A stretch of DNA of 64,000 bases from Lysobacteraceae bacterium (GTDB lineage Bacteria > Pseudomonadota > Gammaproteobacteria > Xanthomonadales > Xanthomonadaceae), in contig JANMGT010000021.1 in the NCBI GenBank assembly GCA_031374725.1, forward strand, positions 28,923-92,922. Reading direction: 5' to 3'. Shown here one piece after another: positions 8,879 through 17,313 of the stretch. Numbering within the stretch: position 1 is the first letter of the stretch; every line of letters begins with the position of its first letter. The notes under the pieces are model-generated. The model worked only from the letters and a program-made list of their open reading frames with translations, was not told where the DNA came from and did not search any database. A program made the translations under genes and the position numbers.

Positions 8879-10318
8879 TCAGCCCTTGCTTCCTTTGGCA
8901 TTGCTTCCTTTGGTATTGCCCCCTTTACGATCCGTTCTTTTGGCCTTAGACGTCTTATCGGTCGCATTATCAAGGCTAGCTGTCGCGGCTACTGATGCTT
9001 CTTTCGGCTGCGATTTCTTGACAGCCGTTTTAACGGTCGTTGTTTTCTTCGATTGGATTTTCTTCGGCGTCCCAACTCGCTCGCCGGCTTTCCCGCTTGC
9101 CGATGAAGCACCGAGGGTTTTCGCTGCGACTTTCTGTGCTTTGGGTGCGGATTCTGCGGTTTTCACTATCGCTGCCCCGATCACCGGCCCGACAGCGACA
9201 ATGCGCTCCGGCGCGCGCAGGTGCACGATCTCCGCTTCCAGCGCTTCCAGTCTGGACATCGGGATATTCGTCGTCTGGTTAGTTTGCGCAGTGCGGATCA
9301 TGTCCAGATCCGTGCGCAGTTTAACGAGCTGCGCATCTTTCTCGGCGGTGTTCTTGCGCAAGATCGCCAGCTCGTTGCGCATCTTCGATAATTCCTCGGC
9401 CTGCGCTTGGGTTTCTTTCGAGCCATCGCCGAGCATTTGCCCGGTCGTCTGCGAGTTTTCCTTGAGCCGCTCCATGTCCGCACGGATGCTGTCGATATCG
9501 CGCATCTGCGCTTTCATCGTTTGCATGTCGCTATCGATGGTGGCGACTTTCTCGGCATCGATGCCAGCGGCTTTCGGACGCGGCGTCCGCGTGTAGTACT
9601 TGACCACGCCATTTTCTTCGTACAGCGTCACCCGATCGCCGGCATTCAGCACCAAGGGATAGTCTCTGAGATTAATCAGATTATCCTTGCCGACGACGCT
9701 AGCTTGTTTGACTTCGGTGACTTGGATGTTTTGCATCGCCAAGGTCTTCTCGGCCTGAAGCGGGGTTTGATTCACGATCTGACTATCGCTGGTCGCCGAC
9801 GGTCTGATCGGTTTGACGTTGAAGCTCGACAGCGATTTTTCGCCGATCGTGCCCAACAGCTTACCCATGGTTTTTGACTTGTCCTTGCCCTGCTCCCAGA
9901 CACCGCGAAAATCCGATTGCCCCCACCAGTTGAGCGCCTTCAAGGCCTGCAGACCTCCGATACGATCGACGCCTTTGTTCTTGATCGTCGGCATTTGCAG
10001 CTCAAGCGTCACCGTGGTGGTGCCGCGCTCAACATTCATCATCGGCGTTTCGAAGGTATTCAGCATCTCCCGTTCGCCGATAAACGCCTTGAAGAACACG
10101 TCCGGCGAACGATCAGGCGCGTAATCGCCAAAATACGCTGTTTGAAAACCGATCGTGAATCGGCCGTTGGCGTCGGTCGTGGCAACGCCGAGCATGTCGT
10201 GATAGCGGGTGTCGCGATCCCAGGCTTCCACTTTTACCCCTTGAATGCCGGCGCGGCTCACACGGTCGACGACCGTCCCTTGGATCACGTATTCGTAGCG
10301 TTGGTCGGTGCTAATCAT
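8879..10318 (-). CDS. eCIS accessory protein: transthyretin/carboxypeptidase-regulatory-like N-domain, coiled coil, Lys-rich tail
   Basis: IQGTVVD...GVKVEAWDRD...LGVATTDANGRFTI beta-sandwich motif; heptad region; K/A/T/S-rich C-terminus; RBS AAGGAG. Confidence 0.75.
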   Translation of the reverse strand: MISTDQRYEYVIQGTVVDRVSRAGIQGVKVEAWDRDTRYHDMLGVATTDANGRFTIGFQTAYFGDYAPDRSPDVFFKAFIGEREMLNTFETPMMNVERGTTTVTLELQMPTIKNKGVDRIGGLQALKALNWWGQSDFRGVWEQGKDKSKTMGKLLGTIGEKSLSSFNVKPIRPSATSDSQIVNQTPLQAEKTLAMQNIQVTEVKQASVVGKDNLINLRDYPLVLNAGDRVTLYEENGVVKYYTRTPRPKAAGIDAEKVATIDSDMQTMKAQMRDIDSIRADMERLKENSQTTGQMLGDGSKETQAQAEELSKMRNELAILRKNTAEKDAQLVKLRTDLDMIRTAQTNQTTNIPMSRLEALEAEIVHLRAPERIVAVGPVIGAAIVKTAESAPKAQKVAAKTLGASSASGKAGERVGTPKKIQSKKTTTVKTAVKKSQPKEASVAATASLDNATDKTSKAKRTDRKGGNTKGSNAKGSKG

Positions 10319-10330
10319 GGCGCGATCTCC

Positions 10331-13300
10331 TTACGGAATCATTTTGAGGCAGGCGATCTGGGCGAAACCGCGCTTGATCAGCGGTATCAACGGCACGGCG
10401 GACAGCCAATAGCCCCAGGTTTTGAACGACTTCGCATAGTGGCGCTTGCTGAAGTTGCAAATATGGAACACCTGGTTGTTCTTGATTTCGATCGTGCCCA
10501 GATACACCTTGTCGTCGTCGGTGCATTCGTGGCATTCGACCAAGAATTTGTCGCAGAAGCAGTCTTTCAAGTATTGGCCGAACACGCCGAACAGGTCGGT
10601 GTAGGCGCGCAGCATCTCTTCACGATAATCGGCGAGAATCACCGGCGGTTCCATCGTGAACGGCGGCGCGGTCGACACGACGCGATCCAGATCGACGGCG
10701 CTCACCGTGTTCGTGATCAAATTCAGCGCGTAGAACATGTTCGCCTTCGGGCTGGTCGCCAGCGACACGGGCATCACTTGAAGCGGAATCCGCGCCGTGT
10801 TCAGCAATGTGTTCGTGCCGGTATCGAAACGTTGCGCGCGATAGCTGTTCATATCCGCCACGATCAGCGTATTCACCGCTGGCATCGCTGCGAGACGATA
10901 GACGCTTTGACTCGGCAGCAGGGTCTGCTGCGATTGGGCGAGACTGGTGATCGTGGTCGGGAAGCGCAGCAATACGCTTTGCGCGCCGGTCTCGATCGTC
11001 AAATACGCTCTGCCGTTCACGGCGACGAGGTCATTGGCGAGCATATTGCCGCCGCCGACCGGGATTTGCGCCGCAAGCGCGACGGGAGTGGCGAGCACGA
11101 TCCGCTGGATACCGTTGAAAATCTGATCCGTTATCGGCGTATTGCCGCTGTTGGAAATGGCGATGGCGTTCGCGCCATCGCTGTCGATGGCGAGCAGACC
11201 GATCGCGTTGAAATTCCAGATGGGGCTCGGCACCAAGGGAATCGCCATCGGGTTGAAGCGATAGAGTCCGCGTTTTGCCGCAGTATCGCTGCGGCCGACT
11301 GCAAACAAGGTACCGGCGTGCGCCCTATGCGTGTCTAAACGCACGAATTGGATATCGCAGACGATGGTGGAGGCTCCCCAGGTGATCGTCGGCGCTGTAT
11401 CAGCCGTGGCCGCTGGCGTCACGAACGCGGTCGCGAACACCGAATCGACGCCGCTGCTCTTGGTGATCGAGCCCACGGCGTAGACCCGACTGCCACCCTC
11501 GTTAAAAGCGATATCTTGCAGCTCAAGATTGTTGCCCCCTGGGAAATCCAGCACCGCCACCACCCTGTTGCTGTTGACGTCGTAGACCTGGATGCGATGC
11601 CCACGTCCATAGGTGTAGAGATAACGGCCGCTCGGGTCGATCTTCATCTTCGTGTGCATCAGGAACATGCCGAACATGGTCTCGATGCCGGTCGGCACGG
11701 TGAACGGGTAGGCCGGGAATTGCTGCAAATGATCGAACATCGCGCAATAGGTCTTGCTCGCCAGCAATTCGCGGATCTCCTCGTAGAGCGTTTTCAGCAG
11801 ATCGTGCTCGGCCTTGGAGACAAAGACATACGGGCCGCTGGCGGAGTTGATGATCTGCCACAGCAAGTTGATCAGCGAGATCATACGCTTGTGCTGATCA
11901 GACAGCGGCAGCGTGGTGTCCGGGAACGGTAACACCAATTTCTTCAAGGATTCGATCAACGAAACGATGCAATTTTCCCAAAAATCCTTGAGAAGCGATC
12001 CTTCGAGCACCGAGTCCCAGAATCCTTGGGTGACATGCGGCTCCAGATGCATGGAAATGCCGGTCGCGGATTTTTCGATCCACAGATTGACCTTGCCCTT
12101 GCCGCCAGAAACCAGGTTCTGAGCGATCGCATTCCTCACCAACGGGTAAGCGCGATCGCCGGAAGCATGCAACAAATCGCCATCGCAATCCAAAGCATAA
12201 CCCTTGGTCAACACGATTTTATCGCGGTCCTTGCTGCAGCGCAGTTTCAGACCGCAAATCACGCCCATGCCGTGCAGCAGGCGATTATGCAGGCGCATAT
12301 CGCCGGTGAGGTCGGCCATGCACAGTGCGTCGATGGCTTCTTGCACAGTGCCGACTTTGTCCCAACCGGGAATATCGGTATACGTGGCGCACGCGCCGGA
12401 GTCGTAGGCGATGCGGCTGGCGTCAAGCTCGGTCAACGATGCGAACCGCGGGCGCTGATCTTCGCAGAACACTAATTCCGGCGAAGCGGCATCGACCCGC
12501 GCACGATGGATTGCCGATAACGGGTAGTAGTGGTGACGGATGCCGCGCGCAGGCGCTTCGATCAGACTTTCGACGCTGCGGTCGATGGCGCGGGTCGCGA
12601 ACAGCCAGTAGTCGCTTGGGCGAAGATCGCTGCCGCCGAACTCGATCACCACGCCGTCGGCAAGAACGATGTCGCCCGGCACGCAAGCGCCCACCGCATC
12701 CCAACGCACGATCTTGGCATGCTGGGCGATGCGTAGCGTCCGCGGCAGCGCGGCATGGAACGGGATTTCTAGTGGATCGACAACGCTCGGATCTTCCCAA
12801 CTGATGCGCCGCGTTTGCAGGTTGATCGTGGTGATCTTGCGCAGTTCGCCGCGGAGATGATGGCTGTGGCCGACCCGATCTTCATAAAGGCCGGTCACTT
12901 TTTCGATCATATCGTCGGAAAGTTCGATCAGATCGCCGATCGCGTAAATCTCAGGCTTTTCGACCAACGCAGATGTCGTCGCGGCCAAAGCGTCTTCGAT
13001 CAAGCCGGTCGCAGCGGTAGCGTTCTCGCGCGACCATTTGAAACGTGCGGTGGTTGCGGCGAGCGCGGCGCCGACATTGCCAGCTGCGTGGATCTCGATT
13101 CGGAACAAGCGATTGCTCTCGCCCAAATACGGCCCTTCGACCTTCGGCTCGCACGGGTCGGCGCAGGGGTCGATCGCCGCTGCCGGTTTGTCCTTGGTCG
13201 TTAGCAAACCGCCGCCGATGCCGCTGAGGCCAGCAAACGCGGCGTTCGGTGGCTGCGCAGCGCTGGCGAACGCCACTTCGACGCCTTTGATCAAACGTAC

Positions 13301-14641
13301 TTGCGCCATCAACTGCGTGCGCGTGCAGGTATCGACCCCGTCCAGCGCTACTTCGCGTAAGTCGGGATGTTCGACGTAGCCGATCGGACGTTCCCAGATA
13401 TCAAGGTAGGCGCAATCGATGCGGCGGTTGCCGGCTGCTACCGGCGCTAGCGCTGCGGGATCGGGCGACGGCAGATCGCGCTGGGTCCAGTAGGTGCCAT
13501 GCCGCTCCTTCACCGCTTGCATGCCGTCGGCATAGAACCGCCCTGCCCCTTCCACCGTGCCGTCGCCGCCCATGACCACGAGATCGCGCGCGGGGTCGGC
13601 TTCCAACAGCACCGGGCCGAACCGATACGTCGCTGCGGCGCTGAGGCCGCTGTAGATCAGCGAGGTAATGCCGCCCCAGTTGAACGCGCCGACCTGCGGC
13701 GCGGAAAATGCGTGGATCGCCCACGCACCGACGGTCGTGACGACGGCGCCAGACAGCGTGATGCTGTTTGCGACCGTCGCGTCGTCTTTCAATACGATCG
13801 ACAGCGGCGCTGCAGAGGGCGTGCGTTGCACGGCAACCAACAGACGGCGCGCGCGCGATGCATCGACAGGCTCGGGAAAGGTGTAGGCGACGCTGGTCGC
13901 TTGCGTGGCCTGTATCGATTTTCCGCCCCAGACGCGCTGGTCGTCGTCGTTAGCCAATTGCGCCGTGGCCGGCAGCACGCTGTAACGATCGCCCAGATCG
14001 GTGCGAACGATGACCGTGCGCAGCGGTAGGTCGGCTTTGATGAAATCGAAGGCGTAACGCTTGGTCGAAGTGGAATCCAGGCCGGTGAATCCGTATTCGA
14101 CGATCGCGTTTTGCGCGAAGCCGGCAGGCCAAGCGCCGGGCACGGCGCGCATCAGGGTCCAGTCGTTGGCGGCAGCCGCGACCACGCTAAGCGTGAACGC
14201 GTGGGTCGCGCTGGCATCTTTCAGATAAAACCCCATGCCAGCAACGCTGTCGGCCTTCACTGCGAACAGCACTTCGCCAACGCCGCTGAGATCGAGCGGC
14301 TTTTCGGGACGTTTGGCGATCGCCGAAGCGCCGCGCGAGACCAGACTGCCATCGCCGATGCGGTGATCGATGTAGTCCACGAAGATCGCCGCAGTCGCTG
14401 GCGTACTGGTCCAGCCGCGCTTGGCTTCCATGCGATCGATCAGTACATGGGTGTCGATGCGGAAACCGTCGTTGGGGCTGCCGGTATGCACCGCATTGCC
14501 GGCGAGGCGCTGGATCATCCGCAGCACCAACTCGTTTTGCTCGTTGAAGTCGGACTCCAGCGGCAACCGTCCCATCTGGTGGAATACACCGACGAAATGG
14601 TTGAGTTCGTCGAACGACACTTTGCCTATTTCGCTATTCAT
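10331..14641 (-). CDS. DUF6519-like tail fibre/receptor-binding protein (1436 aa) with C-terminal beta-propeller
   Basis: The true start is MNSEIGKVSF at 14641 (ATGA overlap with the upstream stop), not 15253. Motifs: HQMGRLPLESDFNEQ, AGRFYADG, YLDIWER..., YLGESNRLFRIEIH, FKWSRENA; YncE-like repeats near the C-terminus. Confidence 0.78.
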   Translation of the reverse strand: MNSEIGKVSFDELNHFVGVFHQMGRLPLESDFNEQNELVLRMIQRLAGNAVHTGSPNDGFRIDTHVLIDRMEAKRGWTSTPATAAIFVDYIDHRIGDGSLVSRGASAIAKRPEKPLDLSGVGEVLFAVKADSVAGMGFYLKDASATHAFTLSVVAAAANDWTLMRAVPGAWPAGFAQNAIVEYGFTGLDSTSTKRYAFDFIKADLPLRTVIVRTDLGDRYSVLPATAQLANDDDQRVWGGKSIQATQATSVAYTFPEPVDASRARRLLVAVQRTPSAAPLSIVLKDDATVANSITLSGAVVTTVGAWAIHAFSAPQVGAFNWGGITSLIYSGLSAAATYRFGPVLLEADPARDLVVMGGDGTVEGAGRFYADGMQAVKERHGTYWTQRDLPSPDPAALAPVAAGNRRIDCAYLDIWERPIGYVEHPDLREVALDGVDTCTRTQLMAQVRLIKGVEVAFASAAQPPNAAFAGLSGIGGGLLTTKDKPAAAIDPCADPCEPKVEGPYLGESNRLFRIEIHAAGNVGAALAATTARFKWSRENATAATGLIEDALAATTSALVEKPEIYAIGDLIELSDDMIEKVTGLYEDRVGHSHHLRGELRKITTINLQTRRISWEDPSVVDPLEIPFHAALPRTLRIAQHAKIVRWDAVGACVPGDIVLADGVVIEFGGSDLRPSDYWLFATRAIDRSVESLIEAPARGIRHHYYPLSAIHRARVDAASPELVFCEDQRPRFASLTELDASRIAYDSGACATYTDIPGWDKVGTVQEAIDALCMADLTGDMRLHNRLLHGMGVICGLKLRCSKDRDKIVLTKGYALDCDGDLLHASGDRAYPLVRNAIAQNLVSGGKGKVNLWIEKSATGISMHLEPHVTQGFWDSVLEGSLLKDFWENCIVSLIESLKKLVLPFPDTTLPLSDQHKRMISLINLLWQIINSASGPYVFVSKAEHDLLKTLYEEIRELLASKTYCAMFDHLQQFPAYPFTVPTGIETMFGMFLMHTKMKIDPSGRYLYTYGRGHRIQVYDVNSNRVVAVLDFPGGNNLELQDIAFNEGGSRVYAVGSITKSSGVDSVFATAFVTPAATADTAPTITWGASTIVCDIQFVRLDTHRAHAGTLFAVGRSDTAAKRGLYRFNPMAIPLVPSPIWNFNAIGLLAIDSDGANAIAISNSGNTPITDQIFNGIQRIVLATPVALAAQIPVGGGNMLANDLVAVNGRAYLTIETGAQSVLLRFPTTITSLAQSQQTLLPSQSVYRLAAMPAVNTLIVADMNSYRAQRFDTGTNTLLNTARIPLQVMPVSLATSPKANMFYALNLITNTVSAVDLDRVVSTAPPFTMEPPVILADYREEMLRAYTDLFGVFGQYLKDCFCDKFLVECHECTDDDKVYLGTIEIKNNQVFHICNFSKRHYAKSFKTWGYWLSAVPLIPLIKRGFAQIACLKMIP

Positions 14642-17313
14642 AACGGCGAATTTCCTTTGAAGCGCGGCCGCGGGAGAACCCGGACCTGGATGGGAGTCAA
14701 TCCTGCGGGAATCGATTCGGCCAAGCGAAGGCCGATGTTCTGGCTGCGCCACGGCAGGCCGAAGCCATAGAAGGCGCCGATTTCGCCGCCCTCTTCGCCG
14801 CCGCGCAGCAGCGCAGGTGCGCTGTTGTGGTGTAGCACCATGTAGCCGGCGTCGCCCCATGTGGTGGAGACGAAGATCGGTGTTGCCGAGGTGCAGCGGA
14901 ACGCCGCAGCGATATAGCTGCTTGGAATACGCGAAAAACGCACGCAGGACGCATTCGTCAGTGCGAGTTGGCCATAGCACACGCTGTTCGACACGCGGCC
15001 GGCGTTCGCCGAAACGTTGCCGAACGCTGTGCAACGATCCAGCGCGATCTCGCCGTTTGCGAACTGCAATGCGTGACCCGCAGTGGGCTGTTCGACCGTT
15101 GCCGATGCGTGCTGCAGGATGCTGTCTTCGGCCGCAAAGCGCCCGCTCGGCGCGGCGATGGCGACCGCACCGGCGATGCACGCGCGCATCGTGGTATCGC
15201 AGCGCGCGGTTTGCGCGATCTGAAGCGTCGCCGTCGTCGGCTGCAGCGTGCAATACCGCAGCGCGAGCGTCGCGACGTTGCCGCCGATCTGCAGCACACC
15301 GCCAGAAAACGTCAGTCCATCGAGAGTGAGCGCGGCGATCGTGGAATTCTGTACGCGCAACACCTGCGGCGCCAACGCGGGTTTCACGATATATGGGCTT
15401 TGTAGCGCTGCGGCTTGAATCGTCAACCCGCCAGGGAAATTTCTAGTGTCGATCGTCAACGCTTCGTCGTAGACCGCGCTGTCGAGGATTTCGATGACCA
15501 CCAGCATCGCTGCGCCGTCGGGCGCAGCGGCGATCGCCGCCTGCAGCGTACTGAACTGGGCATCGCGCGTGCGCGCGACGGTAAGCAGGGCCGTCGGCAG
15601 ATCGACGCGCGCATGCGGACCGGCGCCGATGGCATGGCCGGCGGCGTAGCGGTAATCCGCACTCAGCACGCCGGCCGGCGCTTCGCCTGCGGGAAACGCG
15701 ATCCGCCCGCGTTCGGCGTCGATCGCGATTTCGCCCGGTTTAAGCGCTGGCGACAGCGGACGATCCCAGCAGCACAGCGAACGCGCGATCGGTCGGCGCC
15801 AGCGAAGCGCGCCTGAGGGATTACCGGGTCGTATGCGCCGCTGGCCTTCGGACTGTCGCGCCAAATGCTGCGGCAAGTAAGCGCCGAACAGCGAACTGTC
15901 GGGATTGCGATTCGGCGGCCCATCCAGATGATTGCCGCGCGCGAAATAACTCGAACCGTCTTCGGCGATATAGAAATAGTGTTCGGCACCGGCCGCCACG
16001 CCGACGATCGCCGGCAGGTAGATCTGCAGGGCGATGCCGCGATTATTTCGCAGAATGGCTTCTGTTTGCGGGAAATTCGTCGCGACCGCGCCCTCGTTGA
16101 TCACCCGAACCAGCAATACGGGATGATGGTATTCACCGCTGTTGGGCTCGTATGCGGCAACGCCGACGGTGTAGCTGAAATCCGGGGTCGCGCCATGGAG
16201 TTTCAGCCGGCCCTGCGGATTGCGCAGTTGCAACTGATTGGCCAGCGGCTGACCCGAGGAGTACGTCACCGGCGTCAACACGCTGTTGATCATGCCGAAC
16301 ACCGCGCCCAAACGAACGGCGTCCAAACGAAAGCGCGCCGTCGCGCCGAACGCTGCGGGGTCGCCGGGGATCATGCCGCGGGTATCGGCCAAATCGCCAT
16401 AATCCAGCTCCGGAACGCGCGACGCGGTGCCAAGCGCGGGAGCACCGATCAGCGGAATTCCGTCTTCGTACAGAGAGAATCCGAGCGGCGATGCGACATA
16501 CGCAGTGGGATGCGCGCGCAAATCCGCATTGCGGATCGGCGTGTCGTCGGCGTGCGGGCGACAAATGTCTGCGCCGTTCGCGCCCGAGCGCGCCTGAATC
16601 TCTTCGCGCAGTGCATCGGTTGCGCCGCCTGCATGCAGGGCCGTGTCCACACCGAGCGAATGGAAGGTGTAACGTCCACCGCCGATCGCCTTCGGCTGGA
16701 CCGCGGTCAGCGGAAACGATCGCAATGGCCATGAGAACACCGCGACGTTGTTGGTGCGATGCCAGCCTTGGCGTTGATCGGCATCGCGCAGATCGCAGAG
16801 CGCGCGCCCGGTCGAAAACGGCGTGCGCAGCGCAGCGACCGCTTCGCTATCGCGGAGATCGATCGCGAACCTCGCCTCGTGTTTGATGTGATTTAAATTC
16901 TGCAGCCACGCCGTGCGCTCGAACATTTCAACCGCATGCGTGCCGATACCGCCGATGTCGTTGGCGACGCCTTCCAAGCCAGCCAGCGTGCCCTTTTGCC
17001 GCCGCCAACGCAGCGTGTTCTTGACGTCGTCGCGATTGCGGGTCGCGAAGCCGCTCAATAGCGCGCCGCTGAACAGGACGTCGCTGCCGACGAGATCGGC
17101 GAGATAGGCGATGGTCCAATCCTGCGCCGAATCGATGAAGTGATCGGCGTAGTGCTGCTCAATGGTCTTGCGCACGCGCCACAATTCATCGGCGTAAAGT
17201 TCGATCAACGCATACAGCCGGCCTTCGCTGTCGCGGCTGCGATAGACGCCCGGCAGCCAGCGCCAAAGCTGCTGCGCCATCTCGGTGCGCGTGGGGGTCG
17301 GACGGTCGATCAT
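14638..17313 (-). CDS. P2 gpI-like phage tail/baseplate protein with C-terminal beta-helix-like region
   Basis: LWRWLPGVYRSRD...YADHFIDSAQDWTIAYLADLVG...RRQKGTLAGLE is typical of eCIS tail proteins; ATGA overlaps at both ends. Confidence 0.8.
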   Translation of the reverse strand: MIDRPTPTRTEMAQQLWRWLPGVYRSRDSEGRLYALIELYADELWRVRKTIEQHYADHFIDSAQDWTIAYLADLVGSDVLFSGALLSGFATRNRDDVKNTLRWRRQKGTLAGLEGVANDIGGIGTHAVEMFERTAWLQNLNHIKHEARFAIDLRDSEAVAALRTPFSTGRALCDLRDADQRQGWHRTNNVAVFSWPLRSFPLTAVQPKAIGGGRYTFHSLGVDTALHAGGATDALREEIQARSGANGADICRPHADDTPIRNADLRAHPTAYVASPLGFSLYEDGIPLIGAPALGTASRVPELDYGDLADTRGMIPGDPAAFGATARFRLDAVRLGAVFGMINSVLTPVTYSSGQPLANQLQLRNPQGRLKLHGATPDFSYTVGVAAYEPNSGEYHHPVLLVRVINEGAVATNFPQTEAILRNNRGIALQIYLPAIVGVAAGAEHYFYIAEDGSSYFARGNHLDGPPNRNPDSSLFGAYLPQHLARQSEGQRRIRPGNPSGALRWRRPIARSLCCWDRPLSPALKPGEIAIDAERGRIAFPAGEAPAGVLSADYRYAAGHAIGAGPHARVDLPTALLTVARTRDAQFSTLQAAIAAAPDGAAMLVVIEILDSAVYDEALTIDTRNFPGGLTIQAAALQSPYIVKPALAPQVLRVQNSTIAALTLDGLTFSGGVLQIGGNVATLALRYCTLQPTTATLQIAQTARCDTTMRACIAGAVAIAAPSGRFAAEDSILQHASATVEQPTAGHALQFANGEIALDRCTAFGNVSANAGRVSNSVCYGQLALTNASCVRFSRIPSSYIAAAFRCTSATPIFVSTTWGDAGYMVLHHNSAPALLRGGEEGGEIGAFYGFGLPWRSQNIGLRLAESIPAGLTPIQVRVLPRPRFKGNSPL

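Noticed and set aside
14642-15253. N-terminal 204 aa of the track's 1640-aa ORF
   Set aside because: It overlaps the tail gene in another frame, is Arg-rich nonsense, and a coupled ATGA start with DUF6519 motifs exists at 14641.
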